From contig OZ240245.1 of the NCBI GenBank assembly GCA_965198175.1, positions 1,760,001-1,824,000 on the forward strand: 64,000 nucleotides of DNA, read 5' to 3'. Within the stretch, counting starts at the first letter, position 1, and the number at the start of each line of letters is the position of its first letter. The DNA comes from Candidatus Poribacteria bacterium (GTDB taxonomy: Bacteria; Poribacteria; WGA-4E; PCPOR2b). Positions 10,062-20,652 of this stretch are shown here, one piece after another. A program made the translations under genes and the position numbers. Below the pieces are notes generated by a model. The model ran no database searches. It was given only the letters and a program-made list of their open reading frames with translations, and was not told the origin of the DNA.

Positions 10062-10982
10062 ATGAAACCTCGATGTCGATCCGTTCAGCGTTACTTATCT
10101 GATTACATAGACTGCACACTCTCAGGAGGGCAAACTGTCACCGTTGCTCAACACCTCCGAATTTGTCACGGTTGTCGGGACGAAGTGAAGTCCTTAAGAA
10201 ATACGAAAGCCTTACTCCATTACTACGTTCTCCCAACTTCCCCTGATGGCTATTACGGTCTATTTTGGCAGCAACTTCAGCGGATGATTGAGGAAAATCC
10301 CCGACCGACATGGTGGAGAATAGTTGTTCAATCGCTGTCATTTGTTTGGGGAAGTCCACAAGTTTTCGACCGATGCTGCTACTTTTTGAATTTGCTAATT
10401 AAACACCCCATTCAGTGGGGTTGGCGATGGGCGAGATTATCGCCCGTTTATGCGGTTATATTTCTCGTAACCTTTGCAACTTTGGTGGTGTATCAAGGTT
10501 TCCAAGCTAATCGGAATGATCGACATAATCCAACCAGTGTGCCACAGTTTTTGAATGCGTCTTCTAGTTATCTGACGCATGTTAAGGGGAGCCGAAAGCT
10601 AGTTAGGGGCAATCTCAAAAAGATTACGAGGATTCCCCCATCTTTTCCCAATCGGATTGCACATAAAACCCTGCAGCAGTCAAATCTTACTGATTTGACA
10701 ACAGAAAACTTGGATTGGAAAGGTAATTCTTCCAGTTCAGGAAGTGATAGTGAAGAGTTCAAGGAGATAATAACTCATGATACCTCTTCCGATTCACTAG
10801 TTCTCGCTCAGCTATCAACCCCAGACTCTATTCTCTCTAGAGAATATTTTTCGTCCCCCTTGGGGGTTGTGATAAGTATTCCGGATAGAGTTAAAAGGGA
10901 AAGCAACCGATTGAGCAGCTTTACGAGCGAAGTGATGGCGGATGTTCCGTTACCCGCTCTATCACTCGCAAAAAGTTTATGA
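10062..10982 (+). CDS. Zinc-finger (zf-HC2) anti-sigma factor, membrane-anchored
   Basis: C...LSDYID...HLRICHGC (HxxxCxxC) and a TM segment; follows the sigma gene; ATG 10062 has a GAGG RBS. Confidence 0.8.
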   Translation: MKPRCRSVQRYLSDYIDCTLSGGQTVTVAQHLRICHGCRDEVKSLRNTKALLHYYVLPTSPDGYYGLFWQQLQRMIEENPRPTWWRIVVQSLSFVWGSPQVFDRCCYFLNLLIKHPIQWGWRWARLSPVYAVIFLVTFATLVVYQGFQANRNDRHNPTSVPQFLNASSSYLTHVKGSRKLVRGNLKKITRIPPSFPNRIAHKTLQQSNLTDLTTENLDWKGNSSSSGSDSEEFKEIITHDTSSDSLVLAQLSTPDSILSREYFSSPLGVVISIPDRVKRESNRLSSFTSEVMADVPLPALSLAKSL

Positions 10983-11070
10983 TGCTGTGAAACTTTATCT
11001 GGAGCTACGAGGTGTTAGATGTTAACGCCTCGAAGTGCCTCATGCTTAACTCAAAACTCAAAAGGAGATT

Positions 11071-14000
11071 GTGATGAACCCCAAAACACTAGGAATACTT
11101 GGCGGAGTTGCTTTACTTGCTGTTTTGTTTTGGCCCTCCGGCAGCTCCAAGAAGGTCGAACGGTTATATAACGAAGCAGAGGAACTCTTTAGTCAAGCTG
11201 ATTACGACCGAGCGATTGAAGGGTACAACGAAGCCCTTGAAGAATCAACGAAATGGGGCGTAAAGACTGAAGTCATTGATAAGGATTTCCCTACACTTGC
11301 GCATTACAAGATTGCGGTCAGCTATTCTAAATGGGCAGAACAGAGCGGTGATGTTAACTACTATGACACAGCGGTGGGACATATTGAAAAGGTTGCCGCC
11401 AATGCAAGCGTCCCTAAACACCAAGAGGGGTTAACTTACCTCTGGGGTCATATCCTATATAAGCAAGAAAAGTACGAGCTATCAGAACCCAAATTTCAGG
11501 CATTGATCGAAACCTTCCCGAATAGCCTGTTTGTTGAAAATGCTTGGTATGCAATCGGACAACTCAACTATAAATTGCTAAAGTATGAGGAATCCCGCCA
11601 CGCCTTCAAGGAGGTGCTTGACGGATTTCCAAACTCAGATTTCAAGGATGACGCGCAACATCTGATTGCTCAATCCTTCCTCAATGAAAAAAACTATGAA
11701 CAATCTTATCAGGAATTTGACAAGCTCGCGACTGAAGAGTTTAAAAATTATCCGGAATTGCAAGCAGAAGCGATGTATAAAGCTGCTTTCTGTTTGAACC
11801 AACTTGCCCGTGATGAAGAAGCGATTGGGCGTTACACGACATTCATTACGAAATTCCCGGATAGCCAATATGTCACTGCTGCTTATTTTGATATGGGTAC
11901 AATTTACGCCAAACAGAGAGACTATGACAACGCGCGGGTCAACTATGAACTCGCCTTGCAAAACACAGAAGACCGGGATTTGCAGGCGGAAATTCAAGCG
12001 ACGATCGGCCGCACGTATTACGATCAAGAAGATTATCCAAACGCAATCGCATCTTATACTAAGCTGTTGGAAGAGTATCCTGAGAGCAACTTTGTCGCCG
12101 AGGGCAAATTGGGAATTGCGGATAGCTACTTCAGGTTGGAAAATTGGAGTGAAGCTGTAGCGGCATACCAGCGCGTCCTTGATGAACACTCAGATCAGAC
12201 CGATTTTAAGCCCTATGTTACCTATCAATTGGGAGAATCGCACTATCAGTTGGCATCTAATTTGAAAGACTCCGGTCAGGCCGATCAAGCGAATGAACAC
12301 TTTGAAACGGCGTTGGGTTGGTATCAGAGGGCGATTGATGAGTTTCCAACAGACCCTGTTGCTCCCCATGCCCTTTACGGCGCAATCTGGGCATTGAACG
12401 ATCTCGGGCGAAAGGATGAACTCGAAAGAGTCGCACGAGAATTTATTGATAAGCACCGTTCCGATGCAGAGTTCGATATTCTCGCAGGGGAAGTTCAGCT
12501 AAAGTTCGCTGAGATTAAATTTAACGACTTTATGCAATACGAGGCAGCCGCAGCAGAATATGCCAAACTTTGGGACTATGCTGAGCTACCGAAATTCCAC
12601 ACGATCAAATTGATCGCAAAATTCCAGGAAGGGCGTGCCTACTACGAAGCTAGCAAGCCGGCGGATTACCGTGAGGGAGATCCGGAAGCCGTATTCAATG
12701 AAACGCTGCTTCAGAAATCAATTAACGCTTATCAGCAAGCAATAGATAAGTTCAAAAATGAAGCATTTGTGGACGGAGTGGAAGATGGTCGCTATGATGA
12801 CTTTGCTGATCGTCCCCAGCAGCTTGAAGCCTGCAAGATGAACCAGGCACTTGCATATGAAAAGCTAAATCAGTGGGATGATGCACGTCAACTCTACGCA
12901 TTTATCCCTGCTGGTAGTGAAAATTACGAACGGGCTCAGTTATTAATCGCGCAAAGCTACGTCAGAGAAGGAAACCCATCGCAGGCTGTGACAACATATC
13001 AATCAATACTTGACTCTTTAAGCCCGGATAACCGCTCGCTGGCGGAGATTAAGTTAGCAGACCTGTTGCGTTCCGAAGGACGATTCGCTGAAGCTGCCGT
13101 TCAATACGAGAGCATCGTCGCAAGAAATCCAGAAGGTGAGTATGCAGATGACGCTCAATATCTCATTGGACTCTGTTACTATAAAGCAGCGAGCGACGAT
13201 TCAGCCTTACTAGAAAAATCCGTTTCTGCATTCCAAAAAGTGGTTGAGCAATACGGTGACAGCCCAAATGCTATTGAGGGATATTATGGTCTTGTCCTCG
13301 CCTATCGGGATTTGGCTAAACAGGGTGATACCTCGCAGTGGCCCAAAGTGCTTGAAGTGGCGGATCTCGCCGCCGACAAATACGGTAGCAGTGACGATGA
13401 AAAGATTAGAAGGACGTTGGGGCATATTGACCTCGTAAAAGCCACGGCGATTGAACAGCAGGGCATTGATTCCGAAGAAGAGATGGCTGAACACGTCGCG
13501 AGTCTAAGGCGTATTGCAATTAATACGGCAGCGCCTGAGGATGCTCGCTCACGGGCACAGTTAAAAATCGGACATTCGTTTTACAGCGCTGGCGAGCACC
13601 AAAAAGCGCTTACCGAATATCAAATGTTCGTTGATATGTTTCCCAACAACGAGCTTTTGAAAAATGCGTTATACCAGATCGCTGTGTGTTACTACCAGAT
13701 TGGGCAAGACACGGCGGACGAAAGCACCAAAAAATTAGCATTCCAGAATTCTACCACGTATGCTATGCAAGCTGTTGAGATAAATCCCGGTGTTGATGCC
13801 ATGATTAGTGCTTACTACACATTAGGGCTTGCTAAATTTGGCTTGGATGATTTGATGGGTGCAATTGAGGCGTTCCAGAAAACTACCGCGTATGAAGGAC
13901 AGACGGAAGATGAAGCGCGTCAACGTTTAATCCATCAAGCCCACTCTCGGCTCGCGGAGTTGAATACAAGTGTCGGAAATCACGCTGCCGCTGTCGAAGA

Positions 14001-15750
14001 ATATCAGCATGTTATTCAACATACAGATGACTCTGACCTCAAGGGCCGCTCTTATTTCGCAATGGCTTATGCTCAAGATGCGCATCTGAAACAGTATAGT
14101 GATGCTTTGCTCAGCTACCAGAACGCCATTCAATTGGTAGGCGATGCGCTCGTTAAAGCGCAATCATACTATCGTACAGGGCTGATCTATGAAACTAAGC
14201 TGAAGGAGCTTGAACACGCATTGCAGGCATATGAGGTCGTTACGACCGATTTTGGCAATGAATCCGACAAAAATATTCTGGCTATGGTGGCAGACGCTGG
14301 CATTCGTAAATCTGACCTCTACGTGAAATTAGGACGTTTAGAGGAGGCAATTGCTCAAGCGCTGAAGGCGCGAAAGGTCGCCCAATCGGTACCACAGAAA
14401 GTTTCCGCCCAGTATAACCTCGGGTTCCTATACTTCGACAGAGCGTATGAACTCTTTTCAGATCAAGTGGGCGCCGATATGAGGCCGTATATCGTTGGAA
14501 GCCGTGACGCTGCGGCTACGTACTTGGAAGTCCATGATATCGCTTCGCCTATTGAAAAGGCTGATAAATCCGTGATTCCATTTGTCCAAAACGCGCTGTT
14601 CCAAGCGGGGCAGATTTCCTATTCGGTTGGTTCTCAGATTAAGCTGACGGAAGAACCCAAGGTGGATCTTGAAATGGCAACCAAGGCGCTGACGCTGTTC
14701 ATGGAATATGTCGACAAAGACGTATTTCCAGCCTCAAGAGATTTGACGGACAATATCAAGACTGCATTGACATACATTGGATCGGCCTATTTTGAACTGG
14801 GCCGGGTTCAGCTCGGTCTTGACGCTGAATACTCCGATCAGACCATAACCTATTTTGAACAGGCGGTTCCCTCATTTAAGGAACTGGTTCGTCGGTTCCC
14901 AAGGGAGGAAGACGCTCCATTGTGGCAGTATCAGGCTGGGGAATCCCACTTCGCCGCTCAGAAGTTCTTAAAGGCAATTGATGAGTATGGAAAGGTCCGA
15001 GCCTTAAATCCGCAGCATGAGAAAGCGGCAGAATCACTCAACGCGATTACTTCCTGTTATTCAAGCTTGGCTACAGCCGCGGGGGACGATACGGCAACGA
15101 AGGAAAAATGGAATGCGAAGATCTTTGAAATAAACGAGATTCTCGCTAAGAACTATCCGAGCACACCCTACGCTGCTCAGGCGTTCATTAACCTTGGCAA
15201 CGATTATTTTAACCAGGGATCAATCGCAGATATTGACAATGCCGAACGCATCCGTCTCTACGACTTAGCTGTTGAGCAATACCGGCGGTCGCTGGAAGTA
15301 CCGGGTATCGATTCAGATTCTAAAAGTACTGCCTCAGGGTACTTGCTGGAAACAGAAACGGCGCTCGCGAGTTCGTTTTATATTCAATCGGCGTCCAATT
15401 TTGCTAAGGCAAAGGGGACGCGTGGTGATGCCCAGAAGCCAGCGATCGAAAAAGTGATTGCTGAGTTCAACGACATCATCAATGCTTATCCCAATACTAA
15501 GTTCGGCGATCTGTCTCATGTTCAGATCGGCGAAGCCTACATGCTATTGGCGGATCAAGACGATAACTATTTCCACGATGCACTCGATTGGTTTGACAAG
15601 CTGTGGAAAAAATACGAAACAGAGCCTCCGACGAGTGTGCAGGTCAACAAAGCGTTAACACTAGCACAGCAGCAAATCGCATTAATTACAAGCTACATGA
15701 AATCGGAAGGCATTCCTCGGCGTACTACCGGTGGAGGCAGTGGTGAATAA
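11071..15750 (+). CDS. Very large membrane-anchored TPR-repeat protein (1559 aa)
   Basis: N-terminal hydrophobic anchor followed by TPR units with FP/YP turns along the whole length; RBS AAGGAG. Confidence 0.85.
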   Translation: MMNPKTLGILGGVALLAVLFWPSGSSKKVERLYNEAEELFSQADYDRAIEGYNEALEESTKWGVKTEVIDKDFPTLAHYKIAVSYSKWAEQSGDVNYYDTAVGHIEKVAANASVPKHQEGLTYLWGHILYKQEKYELSEPKFQALIETFPNSLFVENAWYAIGQLNYKLLKYEESRHAFKEVLDGFPNSDFKDDAQHLIAQSFLNEKNYEQSYQEFDKLATEEFKNYPELQAEAMYKAAFCLNQLARDEEAIGRYTTFITKFPDSQYVTAAYFDMGTIYAKQRDYDNARVNYELALQNTEDRDLQAEIQATIGRTYYDQEDYPNAIASYTKLLEEYPESNFVAEGKLGIADSYFRLENWSEAVAAYQRVLDEHSDQTDFKPYVTYQLGESHYQLASNLKDSGQADQANEHFETALGWYQRAIDEFPTDPVAPHALYGAIWALNDLGRKDELERVAREFIDKHRSDAEFDILAGEVQLKFAEIKFNDFMQYEAAAAEYAKLWDYAELPKFHTIKLIAKFQEGRAYYEASKPADYREGDPEAVFNETLLQKSINAYQQAIDKFKNEAFVDGVEDGRYDDFADRPQQLEACKMNQALAYEKLNQWDDARQLYAFIPAGSENYERAQLLIAQSYVREGNPSQAVTTYQSILDSLSPDNRSLAEIKLADLLRSEGRFAEAAVQYESIVARNPEGEYADDAQYLIGLCYYKAASDDSALLEKSVSAFQKVVEQYGDSPNAIEGYYGLVLAYRDLAKQGDTSQWPKVLEVADLAADKYGSSDDEKIRRTLGHIDLVKATAIEQQGIDSEEEMAEHVASLRRIAINTAAPEDARSRAQLKIGHSFYSAGEHQKALTEYQMFVDMFPNNELLKNALYQIAVCYYQIGQDTADESTKKLAFQNSTTYAMQAVEINPGVDAMISAYYTLGLAKFGLDDLMGAIEAFQKTTAYEGQTEDEARQRLIHQAHSRLAELNTSVGNHAAAVEEYQHVIQHTDDSDLKGRSYFAMAYAQDAHLKQYSDALLSYQNAIQLVGDALVKAQSYYRTGLIYETKLKELEHALQAYEVVTTDFGNESDKNILAMVADAGIRKSDLYVKLGRLEEAIAQALKARKVAQSVPQKVSAQYNLGFLYFDRAYELFSDQVGADMRPYIVGSRDAAATYLEVHDIASPIEKADKSVIPFVQNALFQAGQISYSVGSQIKLTEEPKVDLEMATKALTLFMEYVDKDVFPASRDLTDNIKTALTYIGSAYFELGRVQLGLDAEYSDQTITYFEQAVPSFKELVRRFPREEDAPLWQYQAGESHFAAQKFLKAIDEYGKVRALNPQHEKAAESLNAITSCYSSLATAAGDDTATKEKWNAKIFEINEILAKNYPSTPYAAQAFINLGNDYFNQGSIADIDNAERIRLYDLAVEQYRRSLEVPGIDSDSKSTASGYLLETETALASSFYIQSASNFAKAKGTRGDAQKPAIEKVIAEFNDIINAYPNTKFGDLSHVQIGEAYMLLADQDDNYFHDALDWFDKLWKKYETEPPTSVQVNKALTLAQQQIALITSYMKSEGIPRRTTGGGSGE

Positions 15751-15785
15751 TTGAGCACATCCTCCAATGCAATCCATAACAGAAC

Positions 15786-16961
15786 TTAATTCAGGTTTTG
15801 GATTAATTTATGAGCGGTGGATTTTGCCCACTGATCAGCAGCTAGAATATCACTGAGGCTCGGCTGAAGTTCTACGTCATGTTGATTCATGACTGTTTCG
15901 ACGATTATCGGAATGTCCATAAATCCGATGTGCTCATTTAGGAAAGCGCGTACAGCAACCTCATCGGCACTGCTAAGAACGGTGGGCAATGTCCCACCAA
16001 CTTTGGTAGCAGTATAAGCGTGGGACAGGCAGGGAAACTTCTCAAAATCAACAAGCTCGAAATGGAGTGCGCGGGTTTGAGCAAGGTTGAGATGGGTAGC
16101 AGGGGTTGGTAGATGGCGGGGATAAGTTAAAGCGTATTGGATTGGCACCCGCATGTCAGCAACACCGAGTTGAGCGAGGAAGGAGCCATCGACGAATTCG
16201 ACCATCGAGTGGATGATGCTTTCCGGCTGGATTATCACATCAATTTGTGACGGTTCTATATCGAATAACCATCTCGCTTCGATGACTTCTAGTCCTTTGT
16301 TCATCATCGTTGCGGAGTCAATTGTAATTTTGTTCCCCATGTTCCAGGTCGGGTGCTTCAACGCCTGTTGAGGCGTCACCGAATGGAGTTGATCGATAGG
16401 AGTTTGGCGGAACGGCCCTCCGGAAGCGGTAAGAATGAGGCGATGAATCTGGTTATGTTTCTGATTATCTCCGAGACAACCGGAAAGACACTGGAGAATC
16501 GCGCTAATTTCGCTATCCACAGGTAACAAGCGGACACCGTACTCTTCGACCGCCCTCATAACCAACGAACCGCACATAACCAGCACTTCTTTGTTGACAA
16601 ACGCCAAATCCTTGCCGGATTTAATCGCTTCCAACGTCGGTAGCAATCCTGCGCTACCTCCGATGGCCTCGATAACCAAGTTGACCTCCTCCATCGTTGC
16701 AATCGCTAGAACCCCTTCTTTTCCTGAAAGCACTTCAACAGATTTCAAGTCCTTCAAGCGTTCCCTAAGCTGATTAGCAACATCTCTATCGTTCAATGCC
16801 GCAAGCCTAGGGCGAAATTGGCGTATCTGTTGTTCCAGTAGGTCAACAGAAGTATTGGCAGCGAGTCCAGCGACCGTGAACTCACCAGGGTGGGCTTGTA
16901 CAACGGAGAGAGCATTTTTTCCAATTGATCCCGTTGAACCGAGAATGGCCAGGCGTTTCAT
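15786..16961 (-). CDS. dxr: 1-deoxy-D-xylulose-5-phosphate reductoisomerase
   Basis: LGSTGSIG, NKE, PVDSE, LTASGGPF, HPTWNMGNKITIDSATMMNKGLEVIEA. Confidence 0.97.
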   Translation of the reverse strand: MKRLAILGSTGSIGKNALSVVQAHPGEFTVAGLAANTSVDLLEQQIRQFRPRLAALNDRDVANQLRERLKDLKSVEVLSGKEGVLAIATMEEVNLVIEAIGGSAGLLPTLEAIKSGKDLAFVNKEVLVMCGSLVMRAVEEYGVRLLPVDSEISAILQCLSGCLGDNQKHNQIHRLILTASGGPFRQTPIDQLHSVTPQQALKHPTWNMGNKITIDSATMMNKGLEVIEARWLFDIEPSQIDVIIQPESIIHSMVEFVDGSFLAQLGVADMRVPIQYALTYPRHLPTPATHLNLAQTRALHFELVDFEKFPCLSHAYTATKVGGTLPTVLSSADEVAVRAFLNEHIGFMDIPIIVETVMNQHDVELQPSLSDILAADQWAKSTAHKLIQNLN

Positions 16962-16975
16962 AACGAACCTACGAA

Positions 16976-17797
16976 TCAGGGGTTAATGACATATTGAAAG
17001 TAGTAATAGAGCGTTGGGGCGGAAAAGATCAAACTATCACAACGATCAAGAAAACCGCCATGCCCAGGGATTAGGGTACCTGAATCTTTGACTTCAGCGG
17101 TTCGTTTGATAATTGACTCACTTAAGTCGCTGATCTGGCTAACAATTCCCAGCAAAATTCCAAGACCCAATGCGTGAGCAAGGCTCAACATCTCTTTCAG
17201 CAAAAAGAACCAAATGCTAAGTCCACCGAGGGCGCCAATGCACAAACCTGCAATGGTGCCTTCAACCGTTTTTCTGGGACTAATTTGGGGTATCAATTTG
17301 TGTTTGCCCAACCATCTTCCCAAGATATAGGCGGCTGTGTCTCCGCACCAGATAACTACAAGGAGAAATAAAATCAACTCACTACCAACCGGCTTGCCTG
17401 TAGAATCGATTAATTTGCGCAATAACATCAGATGATACCCAAACATCCAGCCAATATAAACAGCGGCTGTCAAGATGCTCGTTACCGCAATGAATGCTCT
17501 GTTGACCTGACGATGGAAAATTTGGATGACAAAGGCTAAGAAAAGCGTAAAGGCGAGAACAAGCTCAACGGAAAGACGCTCGATTAGTGCAGATGCACAA
17601 AATAGGATTCCTGATGCAACAACCGCAATCCGAATCTGCTCCAATCCAATCGACTTGGATAATCGGCAGAACTCGACCAGCATGAGGAACGTTACGCCGA
17701 TTACCAGAGCGAAAAAAAGACGGGTTTCGCTCCACTGAACAGCGAAGATGACGATAGGGATGAGGACGATGCAACTGACTGCTCGCTTCCAGAACAT
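16976..17797 (-). CDS. cdsA: Phosphatidate cytidylyltransferase
   Basis: DTAAY...G.HKL...ISPRKTVEG, SDLSESIIKR, KDSG.LIPGHGG.LDRCDS. Confidence 0.95.
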   Translation of the reverse strand: MFWKRAVSCIVLIPIVIFAVQWSETRLFFALVIGVTFLMLVEFCRLSKSIGLEQIRIAVVASGILFCASALIERLSVELVLAFTLFLAFVIQIFHRQVNRAFIAVTSILTAAVYIGWMFGYHLMLLRKLIDSTGKPVGSELILFLLVVIWCGDTAAYILGRWLGKHKLIPQISPRKTVEGTIAGLCIGALGGLSIWFFLLKEMLSLAHALGLGILLGIVSQISDLSESIIKRTAEVKDSGTLIPGHGGFLDRCDSLIFSAPTLYYYFQYVINP

Positions 17798-18044
17798 CGG
17801 CTACGGATGAATACAGCCATGGGGTAATTGGGTCATGAGGTCACAGAAAAATGAGTTGGCCGGAAAATGAACCCATGCGCACGTTCCGACTGACTTATCT
17901 TTGCAGTTTACATCTTACGTTTCAAACATCACTTTATCTGATTCCCACGTTGCACGCGAGAAGGTACTCCTCTACAGAATCGGATTCAGATTTTCATGAG
18001 GGTAGGTGGGCAACACACATCAAGATAGCTTTAACACAAGAGGT

Positions 18045-18632
18045 CTACAACTCCATAAGTTCCTCTTCTTTCGATTTCAGTAGCTGACTGATTTGATCGA
18101 TATACTTGTCCGTTATCTTTTGCACTGGATCATCGTCGCCCTTTCTCTTTTCCCCTCCTCTTTCTTTTCCTTTCCTTCCCTTCGATGAAGCATCTTCTGA
18201 TTTGTCGAGCTTCCGAATGGCGTCATTCGCATCACGCCGAATGTTCCTTATGGCGATGCGTCCCTCCTCAGCTAACTTGCTGACATATTTCGCCAGTTCC
18301 TTTCGCCGATCCGTTGTCAGATCAGGGACCTGGATACGGATAACGTTGCCGTCACTATTCGGATTTAATCCCAAATCCGATCGGGAAATCGCCTTTTCAA
18401 TCTCCTTACTAACTGTCTTATCCCAAGGTTGGATCATAATGACACGGGGTTCGGGGGTTGTAATTGTTGCAACCTGATTTATTGGGTTCTTCGTTCCGTA
18501 GTATTCGACATATACACCGTCCAATAACGAGGGGGAAGCTCGACCTGTCTGTACCCGTGCAAAATTATTTGCAGTGGACTCTACAGCTTTCTTCATCCGC
18601 ATTTCTGCATTACGAAAAATCGTTTCAGACAT
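18045..18632 (-). CDS. frr: Ribosome recycling factor
   Basis: TGRASPSLLD, IQPWD, LGLNP, RIAIRNIRRDAND. Confidence 0.96.
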   Translation of the reverse strand: MSETIFRNAEMRMKKAVESTANNFARVQTGRASPSLLDGVYVEYYGTKNPINQVATITTPEPRVIMIQPWDKTVSKEIEKAISRSDLGLNPNSDGNVIRIQVPDLTTDRRKELAKYVSKLAEEGRIAIRNIRRDANDAIRKLDKSEDASSKGRKGKERGGEKRKGDDDPVQKITDKYIDQISQLLKSKEEELMEL

Positions 18633-18846
18633 TTGGAAACTCCTCTCTTAAGGATGTTTTTTCAACACGTTAACTAAGAAGGCTGGTATACCTTTCGCCC
18701 AAATCATAAAATTTATATTACTCGCACCACTGGTTACCAACACGCTTCGGATATGACCTTAAGACGATGCGGCGATACACCGTCCCGAACTCATCGGATT
18801 GATTGTAAGAATACCCGCGTTAAGGCGTCATAATCGCCCGCTGTGT

Positions 18847-19449
18847 TTATTCGCTTTGCGCTAACACATAAAGTGTAAAACGCCCTACAACAATATTCTC
18901 CCCAAGCTGTGCAACCCCTTCTTGGACAAGTTTATTGACAGTTGTATCGGTGTCCCGAATGTAAGGCTGTTCTAGCAAGCAAACTTCAGAATAGAACTTC
19001 GAGATTCGCCCTTCAACAATTTTGTCAGCGATATGTTCCGGCTTTCCCTCTTCCAGAGCTTGTTTTCTCAGGATTATTTTCTCGGATTCCAAGGCGCTTT
19101 CTGGGACATCCGCTTTGCTGATGTACTTCGGCTTTGATGCTGCGACCTGCATAGCAATGTCCTTTGCCAGCTTCTGAAATTGTTCTGTTCGAGCCACGAA
19201 ATCTGTTTCACAGTTCAATTCAACAAGTGAGCCGATTCTGTTACCGGGGTGAATATATGAGACGATAAGTCCTTCAGAAGCAGTGCGCGCACTTTTTAGT
19301 TCGATCGCTTTCAGCCCTTTTTCCCGCAGGTATTGAATTGCAGTTTCCAGGTCGCCGTTAGATTCCATCAGGGCTTTCTTACAATCCATGATCCCCGCGC
19401 TTGTGCGGGCACGCAACTGACTGACCATTTTTGCGGTAATAATATCCAT
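18847..19449 (-). CDS. tsf: Elongation factor Ts (short form, 200 aa)
   Basis: [26 protein letters not shown]. Start set to ATG 19449 with a GGAGG RBS. Confidence 0.95.
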   Translation of the reverse strand: MDIITAKMVSQLRARTSAGIMDCKKALMESNGDLETAIQYLREKGLKAIELKSARTASEGLIVSYIHPGNRIGSLVELNCETDFVARTEQFQKLAKDIAMQVAASKPKYISKADVPESALESEKIILRKQALEEGKPEHIADKIVEGRISKFYSEVCLLEQPYIRDTDTTVNKLVQEGVAQLGENIVVGRFTLYVLAQSE

Positions 19450-19577
19450 TAATTTGTTAACCTCCGTTCTGTATTGACAGAAGACAGTACCAAGCCTTGA
19501 ATCAGCTTGCTTGTCCACCTGTGGTGCTTTCGCGAGATTATTTTCTCCAACGGGTGCGTAACGAGAGAGAAAAATCA

Positions 19578-20366
19578 TTAATCTCCGGCAGGTTCCGGCG
19601 CTTCTTCGTGAGCTTCCTCATCGGTTTTTGGCTTGGGTGCCCCGCCTTCCGGCTGTGACATTTCCAGGTCATCCGCACCCTGCAAAGCACTCGCTCGCCC
19701 TTCGATAATCGCGCTTGCGAGGACAGAACAGATTAGCTTAATCGCGCGAATGGCGTCGTCATTCCCAGGTATTGGCAAATCAACAGGGTCTGGATCCCAG
19801 TTGGTATCAACAATCGCAATTACCGGAACTCCAAGCTTATTCGCCTCCCGAACGGCTGTCTGTTCCTTGCGGACATCGGTAACAATAATGGCTTCGGGAA
19901 GACGTCCCATAGTCTTAATTCCGGCTAAGTTATTGTTCAATTTAGTCTGCTCACGTCTTAACTGCATGGCTTCCTTTTTCGGAAGTCTCTCAAAGAGTCC
20001 GCTCTCCTCGTCAGTTTCCAGTTTTTTCAACCGATCGCTACTGCGTCTGATAGTTTCAAAATTCGTCAACATGCCCCCTAACCAGCGATGGTTGACATAG
20101 AACATTTGACATCTCGTCGCTTCTTCCACTACTGTTTCCTGAGATTGTTTTTTAGTGCCAACAAAAAGCACTGCACCACCGCGCGCAGCAACTTCTTGCA
20201 GGAATTCACACGCCTTTTGAAGCAATGCCAAGGTTTTCTGGAGATCGATGATGTAAATCCCATTACGCTCGGCAAAAATGTATTTTGCCATTTTGGGATT
20301 CCAGCGTCGTGTCTGATGGCCAAAATGAACTCCTGCTTCCAGAAGTTCTTTCATCGTAATTGTCAA
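19578..20366 (-). CDS. rpsB: 30S ribosomal protein S2
   Basis: [42 protein letters not shown] start with AAGGAGG RBS. Confidence 0.98.
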   Translation of the reverse strand: MTITMKELLEAGVHFGHQTRRWNPKMAKYIFAERNGIYIIDLQKTLALLQKACEFLQEVAARGGAVLFVGTKKQSQETVVEEATRCQMFYVNHRWLGGMLTNFETIRRSSDRLKKLETDEESGLFERLPKKEAMQLRREQTKLNNNLAGIKTMGRLPEAIIVTDVRKEQTAVREANKLGVPVIAIVDTNWDPDPVDLPIPGNDDAIRAIKLICSVLASAIIEGRASALQGADDLEMSQPEGGAPKPKTDEEAHEEAPEPAGD

Positions 20367-20379
20367 AAAATCCTCCTTA

Positions 20380-20465
20380 ATGTCTGGGTTTTTCTTACAC
20401 TTCCCTCGTATTCACGTCCAACTCCCAAAAAAGAGCACCCATGGTGAAATTAGGAAGCATGTTTT
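20380..20465 (-). promoter_or_regulatory. rpsB (S2) autoregulatory leader RNA
   Basis: Minus strand: stems GCTTCC/GGAAGT and TTCAC/GTGAA enclose a GGGTGC motif, and a downstream AACCC could form the pseudoknot typical of S2 leaders. Promoter TTGACA-18-TATATT at 20521-20492. Confidence 0.6.
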
Positions 20466-20652
20466 TTTGTTCAAGACCGCACGAAAACTAAAATATAACA
20501 TATTTCTTGAAAATGTGTCAAGCATAGAAAACATACGAACACGGCAACTTTGTTAAACGTCAAGAAAAATTATCGCGCATCAAAATTGGATATCTTATCG
20601 CTTCAACCTTTTGTTACAGCGGATCGCCGCGAATCCGGCGAAAGGCAAGTTT

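Noticed and set aside
10980..11018. TGA ending the anti-sigma gene followed by TGC TGT as a possible Sec readthrough
   Set aside because: No redox motif context or clear SECIS hairpin; the extension is only 11 codons. A homopolymer indel just upstream is as plausible.
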